Below, one piece after another: positions 8,907 through 16,379 of a stretch of DNA of 46,187 nucleotides (the first letter of the stretch is position 1; the number at the start of each line of letters is the position of its first letter). Origin of the DNA: Acutalibacteraceae bacterium (GTDB taxonomy: Bacteria; Bacillota; Clostridia; Oscillospirales; Acutalibacteraceae). Under the pieces are notes generated by a model. It saw nothing but the letters and a program-made list of their open reading frames with translations. It was not told where the DNA came from and ran no database searches. A program made the translations under genes and the position numbers. The stretch covers positions 1-46,187 of the forward strand of contig JBJEOJ010000103.1 in NCBI GenBank assembly GCA_051880655.1, read 5' to 3'.

Positions 8907-9232
8907 ATTACACCCGGCAAAGCATTGCACAATCTATCATGTTTTTTTATAAACAGCAACCGCAATTATCGAATCAATCGGTGCTGTAAAAAAATAATAT
9001 TGTTAATTTTTGCAAATCTCACGGGCTTGTTCATGATAATTGAGAACAAGCCCGTGAATAAAAGGGTGTGAAGCTATCTTTTTTCGGGGAAATATTGAAT
9101 TTCCGTGTTTTTGATCATAATTCAAAATGTGTTTTATATGATAGGCCTTTAAACCTTCTTATATTAATAGACGCATTTCAGACGCATATTATTACAAAAT
9201 TTTTCAAAAAGTTGAAAAATATTTTTTTCATG

Positions 9233-9273
9233 AACACGAAAAGCGGCGCTGACCTTATTGTTTGCGCCGCTTT
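9233..9273 (-). terminator. terminator of the XRE-membrane regulator gene
   Basis: AAAGCGGCGC / GCGCCGCTTT stem. On the minus strand it is followed by TTTTCGTGTT. Confidence 0.6.
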
Positions 9274-9328
9274 CATATTTGCTTTGCCCTTTTGTTCGTT
9301 TGTTGAAAGAGCAGATTTTATATGATTC

Positions 9329-10558
9329 TTAAAAATTCTCTTTTTCTTTATTTTTAAGCTTTTTTCTGTAAAAAGCATAGTCAGCAATTGCGATAATCAG
9401 ATAAACCGAACACCATGCGATATTAATAATTTTCATGGTTTCATGACCCTGATTCAGATTGTCAACCGTATAAACGGTTATGCTTGTCAGTTCGGTTTCG
9501 TCTTCGTTCCATTCATATTTAAGCTGAACAATATCGTCGTCGAAGGGAAAGGTTAAAACGGTTTTTTCGCTGCTGTTTTCAATGCTGTCCACTCCATCAA
9601 AATAAGGATCAAACTCTTCTTCGGAATCACCGTATTCTTCGAGATACTCTTGATATTTTTTCTGCTCCATATAAGTTACAAAATCGCTGCCTGATGAAAA
9701 AGTCTGCCCTTTGGCAAAATCAACAGGTTCAATAAAAATATTAAACGGAAGCTGAACAAGCAGGAGTGCGGCAGCGCAGGCAATTAAAAAAGCAAAAAGA
9801 TGTTTTTTACGAAGTGAGCTGATGAAAACAAACTGCTCTTTTTCCTCTTGCGGTATATAAATTTTTCCCTTTTTAACCGCCCGGACATTGACAAGCCATG
9901 AAACCAGAACACAAAGCAGTGCTGCCACTGCTCCAAAGGCAAGATAATACAGAAGAACATCACATTCGATTGTTATTGGAATCAACAGAACCGCAAGGCA
10001 GAAGATGAAAGAAAACGAAAGCTCTGAAATTGTATAAAAGGTTTTTTTCGCTTGAAGAGTTTTCATTTCATCGGATTCATCGCCGCCGATTTTTGAAAAG
10101 GTTAAAATTGTAAAAACAAGCTCGAGCATAAGGGCAATGATGCATAAAACAAGTCCGATTCCGGTGCCCAGATCCGTCCGTCCGAAGGAATAGGTGATAG
10201 CCCACTGAAAAATCGGCGCTGTCAAAGCGATGCCGACTGCAATGATGCTTTGAATGATAAAGTTGGTTTTGGTGCTTTTGAGCATCTGTTCAAGCATTTT
10301 CCGGCTCTTTTTTGAAAATACTTCTTCGTCGGGCTGCTTTTCGGGATTGTTCTTTTCGCCTTTTAAAATTTCATCTGAGGTTACGCCGAAAATTTCCGCA
10401 ATCACGGGAATGAGCGTAAGATCGGGCAGACATTCGTCTCTTTCCCAGCGGCTGACGGATTTGTCGGAAACGCAGAGCTTTTGGGCAAGCTGTTTTTGCG
10501 TCATGCCGCTTGCTTTTCTTAAGGTGCAGATAAACTGACCGATTGTTTTCTTTTCCAT
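9329..10558 (-). CDS. XRE-family HTH regulator fused to a multi-pass membrane domain
   Basis: The start is placed at MEKKTIGQFICTLRKASGMTQKQLAQKL (ATG at 10558, GGAGGA upstream) rather than the longer track ORF. An HTH_3-type N-terminus is followed by several TM helices. Confidence 0.8.
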   Translation of the reverse strand: MEKKTIGQFICTLRKASGMTQKQLAQKLCVSDKSVSRWERDECLPDLTLIPVIAEIFGVTSDEILKGEKNNPEKQPDEEVFSKKSRKMLEQMLKSTKTNFIIQSIIAVGIALTAPIFQWAITYSFGRTDLGTGIGLVLCIIALMLELVFTILTFSKIGGDESDEMKTLQAKKTFYTISELSFSFIFCLAVLLIPITIECDVLLYYLAFGAVAALLCVLVSWLVNVRAVKKGKIYIPQEEKEQFVFISSLRKKHLFAFLIACAAALLLVQLPFNIFIEPVDFAKGQTFSSGSDFVTYMEQKKYQEYLEEYGDSEEEFDPYFDGVDSIENSSEKTVLTFPFDDDIVQLKYEWNEDETELTSITVYTVDNLNQGHETMKIINIAWCSVYLIIAIADYAFYRKKLKNKEKENF

Positions 10559-10700
10559 GTGTTTTTTCCTCCAAACGGTTTTCGTTGCTTTCATTCTACA
10601 ACAACGACACAGAGAAAACAATGGCGCAAAGCGGAAATCACTCTCACTCGGCGAGAATAAAGACAAAAAGCTGATATGTGTTGATAAACGTGAAGAAGCT

Positions 10701-10776
10701 ATTTAGAAAAAAATCTAAATACCTATTGACAAATGATGCAAAAAAGCATATCATATATTTAGAAAATTTTCTAAAT
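10701..10776 (+). promoter_or_regulatory. promoter flanked by two 20-bp palindromic operators (ArsR/SdpR autoregulation candidate)
   Basis: ATTTAGAAAAAAATCTAAAT (10701-10720). TTGACA (10726-10731), 17-nt spacer, TATCAT (10749-10754). ATTTAGAAAATTTTCTAAAT (10757-10776, perfect palindrome). Confidence 0.65.
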
Positions 10777-10842
10777 AGTTTTTCGTCGCAAAGCCGAGTG
10801 TGCCTGCTTTTGGTGAAAAACAACCGTAAGGGAAGTGATAAA

Positions 10843-11109
10843 ATGGCTTTTGCCTTAACTTTCAAAGCTCTTTCCGACCCCGTCAGACGGGAAATTCTGG
10901 TTATGCTCAAAGACGGAAAAATGACTGCCGGCGATATTGCCGCAAAATTTGACCTGACATCGGCAACCGTTTCCTATCATCTTTCGGTGTTGAAAAAAGC
11001 GGATTTACTGTTTGAAACAAAGGTTAAAAATTATATTTATTACGAGGTTAACATCTCGGTTTTTGAAGAAATCATGCTATGGTTTTCGCAGTTTGGAGGC
11101 GAAGCTTGA
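10843..11109 (+). CDS. ArsR-family (SdpR-like) transcriptional repressor
   Basis: Start at MAFALTFKALSDPVRREILVMLKDGKMTAGDIA (ATG 10843 after AAGGGAAG). Winged-HTH ArsR signature. Upstream of an SdpI-like gene. Confidence 0.85.
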   Translation: MAFALTFKALSDPVRREILVMLKDGKMTAGDIAAKFDLTSATVSYHLSVLKKADLLFETKVKNYIYYEVNISVFEEIMLWFSQFGGEA

Positions 11110-11126
11110 ATGAATTCAAGCTTGAA

Positions 11127-11160
11127 GTAAGAGGTAAGAGTGAATAGTGAAAAAGTGCGG
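11127..11160 (+). repeat. second copy of the purine-rich GTAAGAG/GTGAA 34-mer
   Basis: GTAAGAGGTAAGAGTGAATAGTGAAAAAGTGCGG, 30/34 identical to 4258-4291. Lies 17 nt after the arsR-like stop. Confidence 0.7.
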
Positions 11161-11233
11161 TGATTTTGCCTGCGGCAAAATTCATCATATTTTGTTCATT
11201 TGAATTTTATTTCGGGAAAGGATTGATTATTAT

Positions 11234-11875
11234 ATGAAAAATATAAATATAAAAGCTCTCGTTATCGGCACGATTGTTTGCCTTTTGCCGTGGATCATGG
11301 GCATCGTTATGTGGAACACCTTGCCGCAAAGCATTCCAATTCATTGGAACTTTTCGGGCGAAATTGACGGATATGCGCCGAAATGGGTTGCCGTGTTTGT
11401 TCTTCCGGGCTTTCTTGCGGTGCTGAATGTTCTTTGTCATCTGTTGGCGTCACATGATAAAAGACGGGAAAACTATTCAAAAGCGCTTTCGCTCATGACT
11501 TATTGGCTCATTCCTTCATTGTCTGTTATTATTACACCGATTTGTTTTCTGACGGCCGGTGGTGCAAAGATTAAAGTTGAAGTCATTGCACCGTTGCTTT
11601 GCGGGATTCTGCTGATTTTTGTCGGCAACTATTTGCCGAAATGCAAACAAAACAGCACGATGGGAATCAAACTGCCGTGGACGCTCAAAAGCGAAGAAAA
11701 CTGGAACAAAACGCACCGACTTGCCGGTTGGCTCTGGATTATATGCGGTTTTATTGTCCTCATTGCAACATTTGTGGGCATCCCATATCTTCTTTTTGCG
11801 GTTATTGCTTTTGCAGTGCTTGTTCCGACCGTTTATTCCTATGCAATCAGCAAGAAATGTGCAAACGATGAATGA
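11234..11875 (+). CDS. SdpI/YhfL-family membrane immunity-type protein (DUF1648 + SdpI domains)
   Basis: 213 aa, multi-TM. IHWNFSGEIDGY and GNYLPKCKQNSTMGIKLPWTLKSEENWNKTHRLAGW motifs are typical of the family. Paired with the ArsR/SdpR-like gene. Confidence 0.8.
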   Translation: MKNINIKALVIGTIVCLLPWIMGIVMWNTLPQSIPIHWNFSGEIDGYAPKWVAVFVLPGFLAVLNVLCHLLASHDKRRENYSKALSLMTYWLIPSLSVIITPICFLTAGGAKIKVEVIAPLLCGILLIFVGNYLPKCKQNSTMGIKLPWTLKSEENWNKTHRLAGWLWIICGFIVLIATFVGIPYLLFAVIAFAVLVPTVYSYAISKKCANDE

Positions 11876-12075
11876 AGCTTAAAAGCAGATTGTTGAAATC
11901 ATACAAAAGAGCGGTTTGAATTTGTGTAAAAAGACAAAGAAAGGTATTAAAAGCAACAAAAGTCGCATAATTTTCTTGTTGATTTATACGATTGATTTTA
12001 ACAGGTAAGGTAGGTTATAATAATTTCAGTCGTAAGGGAGAAGATGCGACAGCTTTTAAGATGAGAAAATACTAT

Positions 12076-12110
12076 AAAAAAGCAGCTTTCGTAACGGAAA
12101 GCTGTTTTTT
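12076..12110. terminator. bidirectional terminator between the SdpI-like gene and mnmE
   Basis: AAAAA-AGCAGCTTTC-GTAAC-GGAAAGCTG-TTTTTT, with an A-run and a T-run on either side. Confidence 0.8.
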
Positions 12111-12153
12111 ACTATACAAAAACCGCCACAAAAGGGCAGTAATGATATATATC

Positions 12154-13518
12154 TTATTTCCCAACGCAAAACTGCGAAAAAACCTCATTGACAACCGCAT
12201 CGGTTGCTTTTTCACCTGTCAGTTCGAGCAGGTAGCTGATTGCACAGTCAACGCAAACATTCACGGCGTCCATGGTGATGCCGCTTTTGATGCATTCAAT
12301 CGCTTCATTGACACTGCCGAGCGCTTCGGCGGTGTTTTTTCTTTGCCGTTCCGTCATGAGCATGGCTTCGCTTGTGTCAAGCTCACTGACGCACAAAAGG
12401 CTTTCTGCGGCGCTTTCAAGCTCTTCAAGTCCTTTGCCGTTTAATGCGCACAGCTCAACGCATTTTTCAAAAACGCTTTTAATTTTCTGCGTGTCCGCCT
12501 TTGTTTCAAGGTCGGTTTTGTTCAGCACGGCAATTGCTCTTTTGTCTTTGCAAAGCGACAAAATTTCTTCGTCCGCTTCGTCAAGAGGTCGTGAGGTGTC
12601 AAACACCGCAAGAATCAGCCCGGCGCGCATGGTTTTTTCTTTTGCTCTGTCAACACCGATGCTTTCAACAACATCGTTTGTTTCGTGTATTCCGGCTGTG
12701 TCTGCAAGATGCAAAAGCACAGAGCCGAGGTTGACTGTCTGTTCAACAACATCTCTTGTTGTGCCGGCAACATCGGTAACAATCGAGCGGCTGAAGCCCG
12801 AAAGCAAATTCATCAGTGCGGATTTTCCGACATTCGGCTTGCCCACAATGGCGGTTTCAACCCCTTTTGTGATGGCGCTTCCCGCGTCAAAGCGTGAAAG
12901 CAGGTGCTCGAGTTCGGCTTTGACCGTTTCAAGTGTCTGAAGCAGAGCGCCGCTTTCAAGCTCTTCAATGTCATCGTCGGGATAATCGACCCAGGCACTC
13001 ATGTGCGCCGCCGCCGAAATGAGTTCGTGATTCAAAAGCTTTATCTTTTCGCTTAAAGCGCCGTCAAGAGCGGTCATGGCGGCTTTTGCTCCCTGTTCGC
13101 CCTGAGCGGAAATGATGCTCATAACCGCTTCAGCTTCTGTCAGATCAAGCTTTCCGCTGAGAAACGCTCTTTTTGTGAATTCGCCGGCTTCGGCAGGTCT
13201 TGCTCCGGCTTCAAAAATTGCTCTGAGTGTTTTTTTCAGAACAAACAAACCGCCGTGGCAGGTTATTTCAACAACATTTTCGCCTGTATAGCTTTTCGGT
13301 GCACGAAAAACAAGGGCAACACATTCGTCAACCTTTTCATTTTTATATAGTATATCGCCGTAAGAAGCGGTATATCCTTTCATTGAAGAAAGCTTTTTTC
13401 CGCTTTTGCTTTTAAAAACCTTGTCGGCAATTTCGATTGCTTCATCGCCTGATATTCTGATCATGCCGACTGCACCTGTGTTTTGCGGCGTTGAAATTGC
13501 TGCAATTGTCTGGGACAT
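12154..13518 (-). CDS. mnmE: tRNA modification GTPase MnmE (TrmE)
   Basis: 454 aa. N-terminal TIAAISTPQNTGAVGMIRISG, G1 GKPNVGKSAL, G3 DTAG, NKTD, C-terminal CVGK motif. Confidence 0.95.
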   Translation of the reverse strand: MSQTIAAISTPQNTGAVGMIRISGDEAIEIADKVFKSKSGKKLSSMKGYTASYGDILYKNEKVDECVALVFRAPKSYTGENVVEITCHGGLFVLKKTLRAIFEAGARPAEAGEFTKRAFLSGKLDLTEAEAVMSIISAQGEQGAKAAMTALDGALSEKIKLLNHELISAAAHMSAWVDYPDDDIEELESGALLQTLETVKAELEHLLSRFDAGSAITKGVETAIVGKPNVGKSALMNLLSGFSRSIVTDVAGTTRDVVEQTVNLGSVLLHLADTAGIHETNDVVESIGVDRAKEKTMRAGLILAVFDTSRPLDEADEEILSLCKDKRAIAVLNKTDLETKADTQKIKSVFEKCVELCALNGKGLEELESAAESLLCVSELDTSEAMLMTERQRKNTAEALGSVNEAIECIKSGITMDAVNVCVDCAISYLLELTGEKATDAVVNEVFSQFCVGK

Positions 13519-13548
13519 AGTTCTTCCTCCGTTAATCCAAGTGGAATC

Positions 13549-13577
13549 ATTATATAACGCCGGGAGGTAATTTTCAA
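13549..13577 (-). promoter_or_regulatory. sigma-A type promoter of mnmE
   Basis: Minus strand: TTGAAA (13572-13577), 17-nt spacer, TATAAT (13549-13554). Confidence 0.6.
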
Positions 13578-13636
13578 GTCGGAGGTTGAATTATTAAAAG
13601 CAGAAACCGCCGGATTAGCCAAGCGGTTTCTTTTTT

Positions 13637-14254
13637 TCAGCATGCAATATATTCGTTCCCGCCGTCATCAATGTATCTGCCGGAATAATCACTTGGTCGG
13701 ATTATTACGCCGCATTCATCAAGCCATAACACACCGTTGTGTTCGGTAACGTAATATGTTTCGCCCGTGCTAAGATTTCTGACATATTCCGGAACAGCAC
13801 CTGCGGAACTTGCGCCGGAAATTCCGCCGGAAAGCCCGCCGAAAAGACTGATAACACCAAAAATCAAAGCGATACCGGCAACAGCGACAATGCTCATTCC
13901 TGCTAAAAATCCTATAACAATATGAACAACCGAGAAAAGTAAGCCTCTGAAAAGACCAAGCGAAAATATGTTCCATAAGGTAACAACGGCGGCGCAAATT
14001 ACAGAAGCGATAAGACCGATTTTTGTCGGTGCTTCAAGACCGAAAAACGCAAGAACGGAAACTATGGTCGGACCTGTTGCTATGAGTATGATTTTAACAA
14101 TCGAGTGAGAATTAACACCGCTGTTTCGTTCGATTTTTACGCAAAGAATTGCTGCAAAGATAAAAAGCGCACCTATAACAAGACCGCCCAAGCCTACGGC
14201 AAGAATTTCTTCCACAGAAGGATTTTCAACGAGATGCTCGAAAAAATCAAGCAT
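13637..14254 (-). CDS. hypothetical multi-pass membrane protein with a small soluble C-terminal domain
   Basis: 205 aa, 5-6 hydrophobic helices and a Gly/Ser-rich linker. Normal SD (GGAGGAAG). Overlaps the upstream gene by 8 nt. Confidence 0.6.
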   Translation of the reverse strand: MLDFFEHLVENPSVEEILAVGLGGLVIGALFIFAAILCVKIERNSGVNSHSIVKIILIATGPTIVSVLAFFGLEAPTKIGLIASVICAAVVTLWNIFSLGLFRGLLFSVVHIVIGFLAGMSIVAVAGIALIFGVISLFGGLSGGISGASSAGAVPEYVRNLSTGETYYVTEHNGVLWLDECGVIIRPSDYSGRYIDDGGNEYIAC

Positions 14255-14597
14255 TATATTCTTCCTCCGGTTTGCCTATTACAAGATCTGTATGCTTGAA
14301 AATTGCAATTAATCCTTTGATTGCATACCATGTTCCGACAAAAAATTGTATGATATAAGAAATGATAGGAATCGGAGCTATGAATCCTTTGAGGATTTTT
14401 TTCCAATTTATGATAAAGCCGCAGATTTCTATCGGAAAAACTATCAAAGCAATCGGGATCATAAGCACAAATTGCATCGAATCGCTTTTCATTCCACCGG
14501 TGTACTGAATAATCGGTATTGCTATGATTGAAATAAGCCCGAATATCAGTGATACCACATACATCTTGATTAGTGTTTTTCTTTTAACTGTTCTCAT
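14247..14597 (-). CDS. hypothetical small membrane protein
   Basis: 116 aa, 3-4 TM helices. ATG 14597 is the only start after an in-frame TAA two codons upstream. The SD is distal (see findings). Confidence 0.55.
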   Translation of the reverse strand: MRTVKRKTLIKMYVVSLIFGLISIIAIPIIQYTGGMKSDSMQFVLMIPIALIVFPIEICGFIINWKKILKGFIAPIPIISYIIQFFVGTWYAIKGLIAIFKHTDLVIGKPEEEYNA

Positions 14598-14677
14598 TTT
14601 TCTTTACCGCAGCAGGCTTGCGGCACCTCCTTTTTTGCTTTTTGATTTTTTTGGTTGTACCTGCCACAATATAATAA

Positions 14678-14766
14678 ACTATCAGTAAGTTTTTGTCAAT
14701 ACTATTAGTAAGTTTTTATTACAGACTGTAAGTAATATACTTTTACTGATAGCTGATATTACTGAT
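14678..14766. promoter_or_regulatory. array of direct and inverted ATCAGTAAG / TTACTGAT operator-like repeats in the divergent intergenic region
   Basis: ACTATCAGTAAGTTTTT (14678-14694), ACTATTAGTAAGTTTTT (14701-14717), inverted CTTTTACTGATAG (14740-14752) and ATTACTGAT (14758-14766). The array ends just upstream of the XRE gene SD. Confidence 0.55.
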
Positions 14767-14787
14767 TTTTTCAGGAGGCGAACAGAA

Positions 14788-15168
14788 GTGAAAAACGATT
14801 TAAATCTTGAAATCGGAGAACGTGTGCGAAAAGCAAGAACCTCTCAGGGTCTTTCAAGAGAACAGCTTTCTGAAATGCTTGAAATTTCATCTCTCTTTTT
14901 AGGATATATAGAATGCGGACAAAGAGGAATGTCTTTAAGCACACTTCAAAAGCTTTGCCTGACGCTTAATGTTTCAGCGGATTACATTTTGCTCGGCAAA
15001 GAAAGCAAAATGACTGAAAGAGAAATCTTACTTGATGCGGTTATGGGTATTGACGAAAAATATCTGCCGCTTGCAGTTGAAAACATTAATCATTTCAAAA
15101 AGCTTATTGCTCTTGCAAAATCAGAAAACAAAAATATGCAAAAAAACATACCGGACTGCACCCAATAG
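14788..15168 (+). CDS. XRE-family HTH transcriptional regulator
   Basis: 126 aa. GTG start 9 nt after AGGAGG. HTH_3 signature IGERVRKARTSQGLSREQLSEMLEISSLFLGYIECGQRGMS. Confidence 0.8.
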   Translation: MKNDLNLEIGERVRKARTSQGLSREQLSEMLEISSLFLGYIECGQRGMSLSTLQKLCLTLNVSADYILLGKESKMTEREILLDAVMGIDEKYLPLAVENINHFKKLIALAKSENKNMQKNIPDCTQ

Positions 15169-15190
15169 CTGACAGTCCGGCTTTATGTTA
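15151..15190 (+). terminator. hairpin overlapping the 3' end of the XRE gene
   Basis: CCGGACTG / CAGTCCGG stem then CTTTATGTT. Weak U tract. Confidence 0.4.
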
Positions 15191-15230
15191 ATTATTAAAT
15201 ATTTATCTGATGTATATCATTGTTTATTTA

Positions 15231-15935
15231 TTACATCACATTGCGAAGTCTGTAAAAAATCTGCATGATTAAAAGTCCGATGAATGTAAAGACCGGGCCG
15301 GGGACTCGCATCTCATCAATGTTGATTTCGGAAATGACAGCATTTTCATAAAGAAAGTTGATCAAGGCAGAATCAATTTTTCCGTAAAACGGTTCTGCGG
15401 CTTTATAAATGATCATATGAAGCGCAAGTTCTCCGGCAAGTCTGTTATAGTCAAGAAGAGAAACATTTTCTTCACCCTCGATATATTCATTTTGCTTGTC
15501 AACAAGAGCGATAACAGCGTCATGGAAAACTTCAATGTCGAAAAGTTCGGGATGTGCCGCAAGGTCAACGGCAATATAAACCGTTTTTTTGCCCGAAGAT
15601 AAAGTTACAACATGATAACTGCTGTCATCGGCAATTGCTTTTGCTTTGTCGGCACTTGAAAGCTCGCTTTCTTTGACGAGAACAAGCGATGAAAGCTCTT
15701 TTGAAAGTTCGCTGACAGTTACATCAGCACCGTTTTCTTCAATAATTTTTTCGGTGAGTGCTTCATCTGAATAAATGACCTCATCATCTTCCGCAGTCAG
15801 AGCACTTAATGCAAGATTGACCGCAACCGTAATTTTTTCATTTGCTTCGTCACTTTCGGCAGCGGAAGCAGGAAGCACTGCGAATGAGAAAATCATGACA
15901 ACAGACAATAGAATTGAAATCGCTTTTTTGAACAT
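15231..15935 (-). CDS. hypothetical secreted/anchored protein
   Basis: 234 aa. Signal peptide MFKKAISILLSVVMIFSFAVLPASA and a hydrophobic C-terminal segment. No family recognised. Confidence 0.6.
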   Translation of the reverse strand: MFKKAISILLSVVMIFSFAVLPASAAESDEANEKITVAVNLALSALTAEDDEVIYSDEALTEKIIEENGADVTVSELSKELSSLVLVKESELSSADKAKAIADDSSYHVVTLSSGKKTVYIAVDLAAHPELFDIEVFHDAVIALVDKQNEYIEGEENVSLLDYNRLAGELALHMIIYKAAEPFYGKIDSALINFLYENAVISEINIDEMRVPGPVFTFIGLLIMQIFYRLRNVM

Positions 15936-16379
15936 AAAAATCCCTCTTTCTTTTCTTTATATGTATAGTATACCTATTAAAAAGTTTAGCACTGAAGATA
16001 TAAGATGTCAATGAACCAGAACGAAAAAAATTAAAAAATATTAAAAAATTGAAATCTCGGCAAGATTTTGAAAGTTTGTTTTTTCAGCTGAATTTTATTT
16101 GTGTTTTAACGATTGACTTATTAATTGAATAAAGAAATATTTGTGTCTTTTATGGTGACTTTTCCGGTTTCATGGCTTAATAATCAATAAAATTTTTTAA
16201 AATAAAAGGCAAAAAACTGAGCAAACTACTAAAGATTAATTTTTGTCGAAAAACTCGTTGCATTATGCTGAAAAAAGCGTATTATATTAAATAAATATTA
16301 AGATAGCCCGTTTTTTGGCATTTTGTGAAAACACCCGTTTATTGTTTGCTCAGGTGTTTTATTTAAGGGGGTATTATTT

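Noticed and set aside
9068-9325. 85-aa ORF in the AT-rich spacer downstream of the XRE-membrane gene
   Set aside because: GTG start with no SD and a low-complexity AT-driven composition. It also overlaps the minus-strand terminator hairpin at 9233-9273.
12272-12940. 222-aa plus-strand ORF, with several shorter ones, inside the mnmE region
   Set aside because: It is antisense to a clearly recognisable mnmE. It has a Ser/Leu-rich shadow-frame composition and no SD, so it is a typical antisense artefact.
12154-13636. mnmE as a marker of oriC proximity
   Set aside because: No rpmH, rnpA, yidC, jag or dnaA genes are present. I did not notice clustered DnaA boxes (TTATCCACA/TGTGGATAA) in the flanking spacers. 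This cannot be excluded without a systematic scan.
16056-16086. Shared string CGGCAAGATTTT...GAAAGTTT with 36108-36155
   Set aside because: Only a 12-mer plus an 8-mer, in AT-rich spacers and with different spacing. That is too short to distinguish from chance without a genome-wide count.
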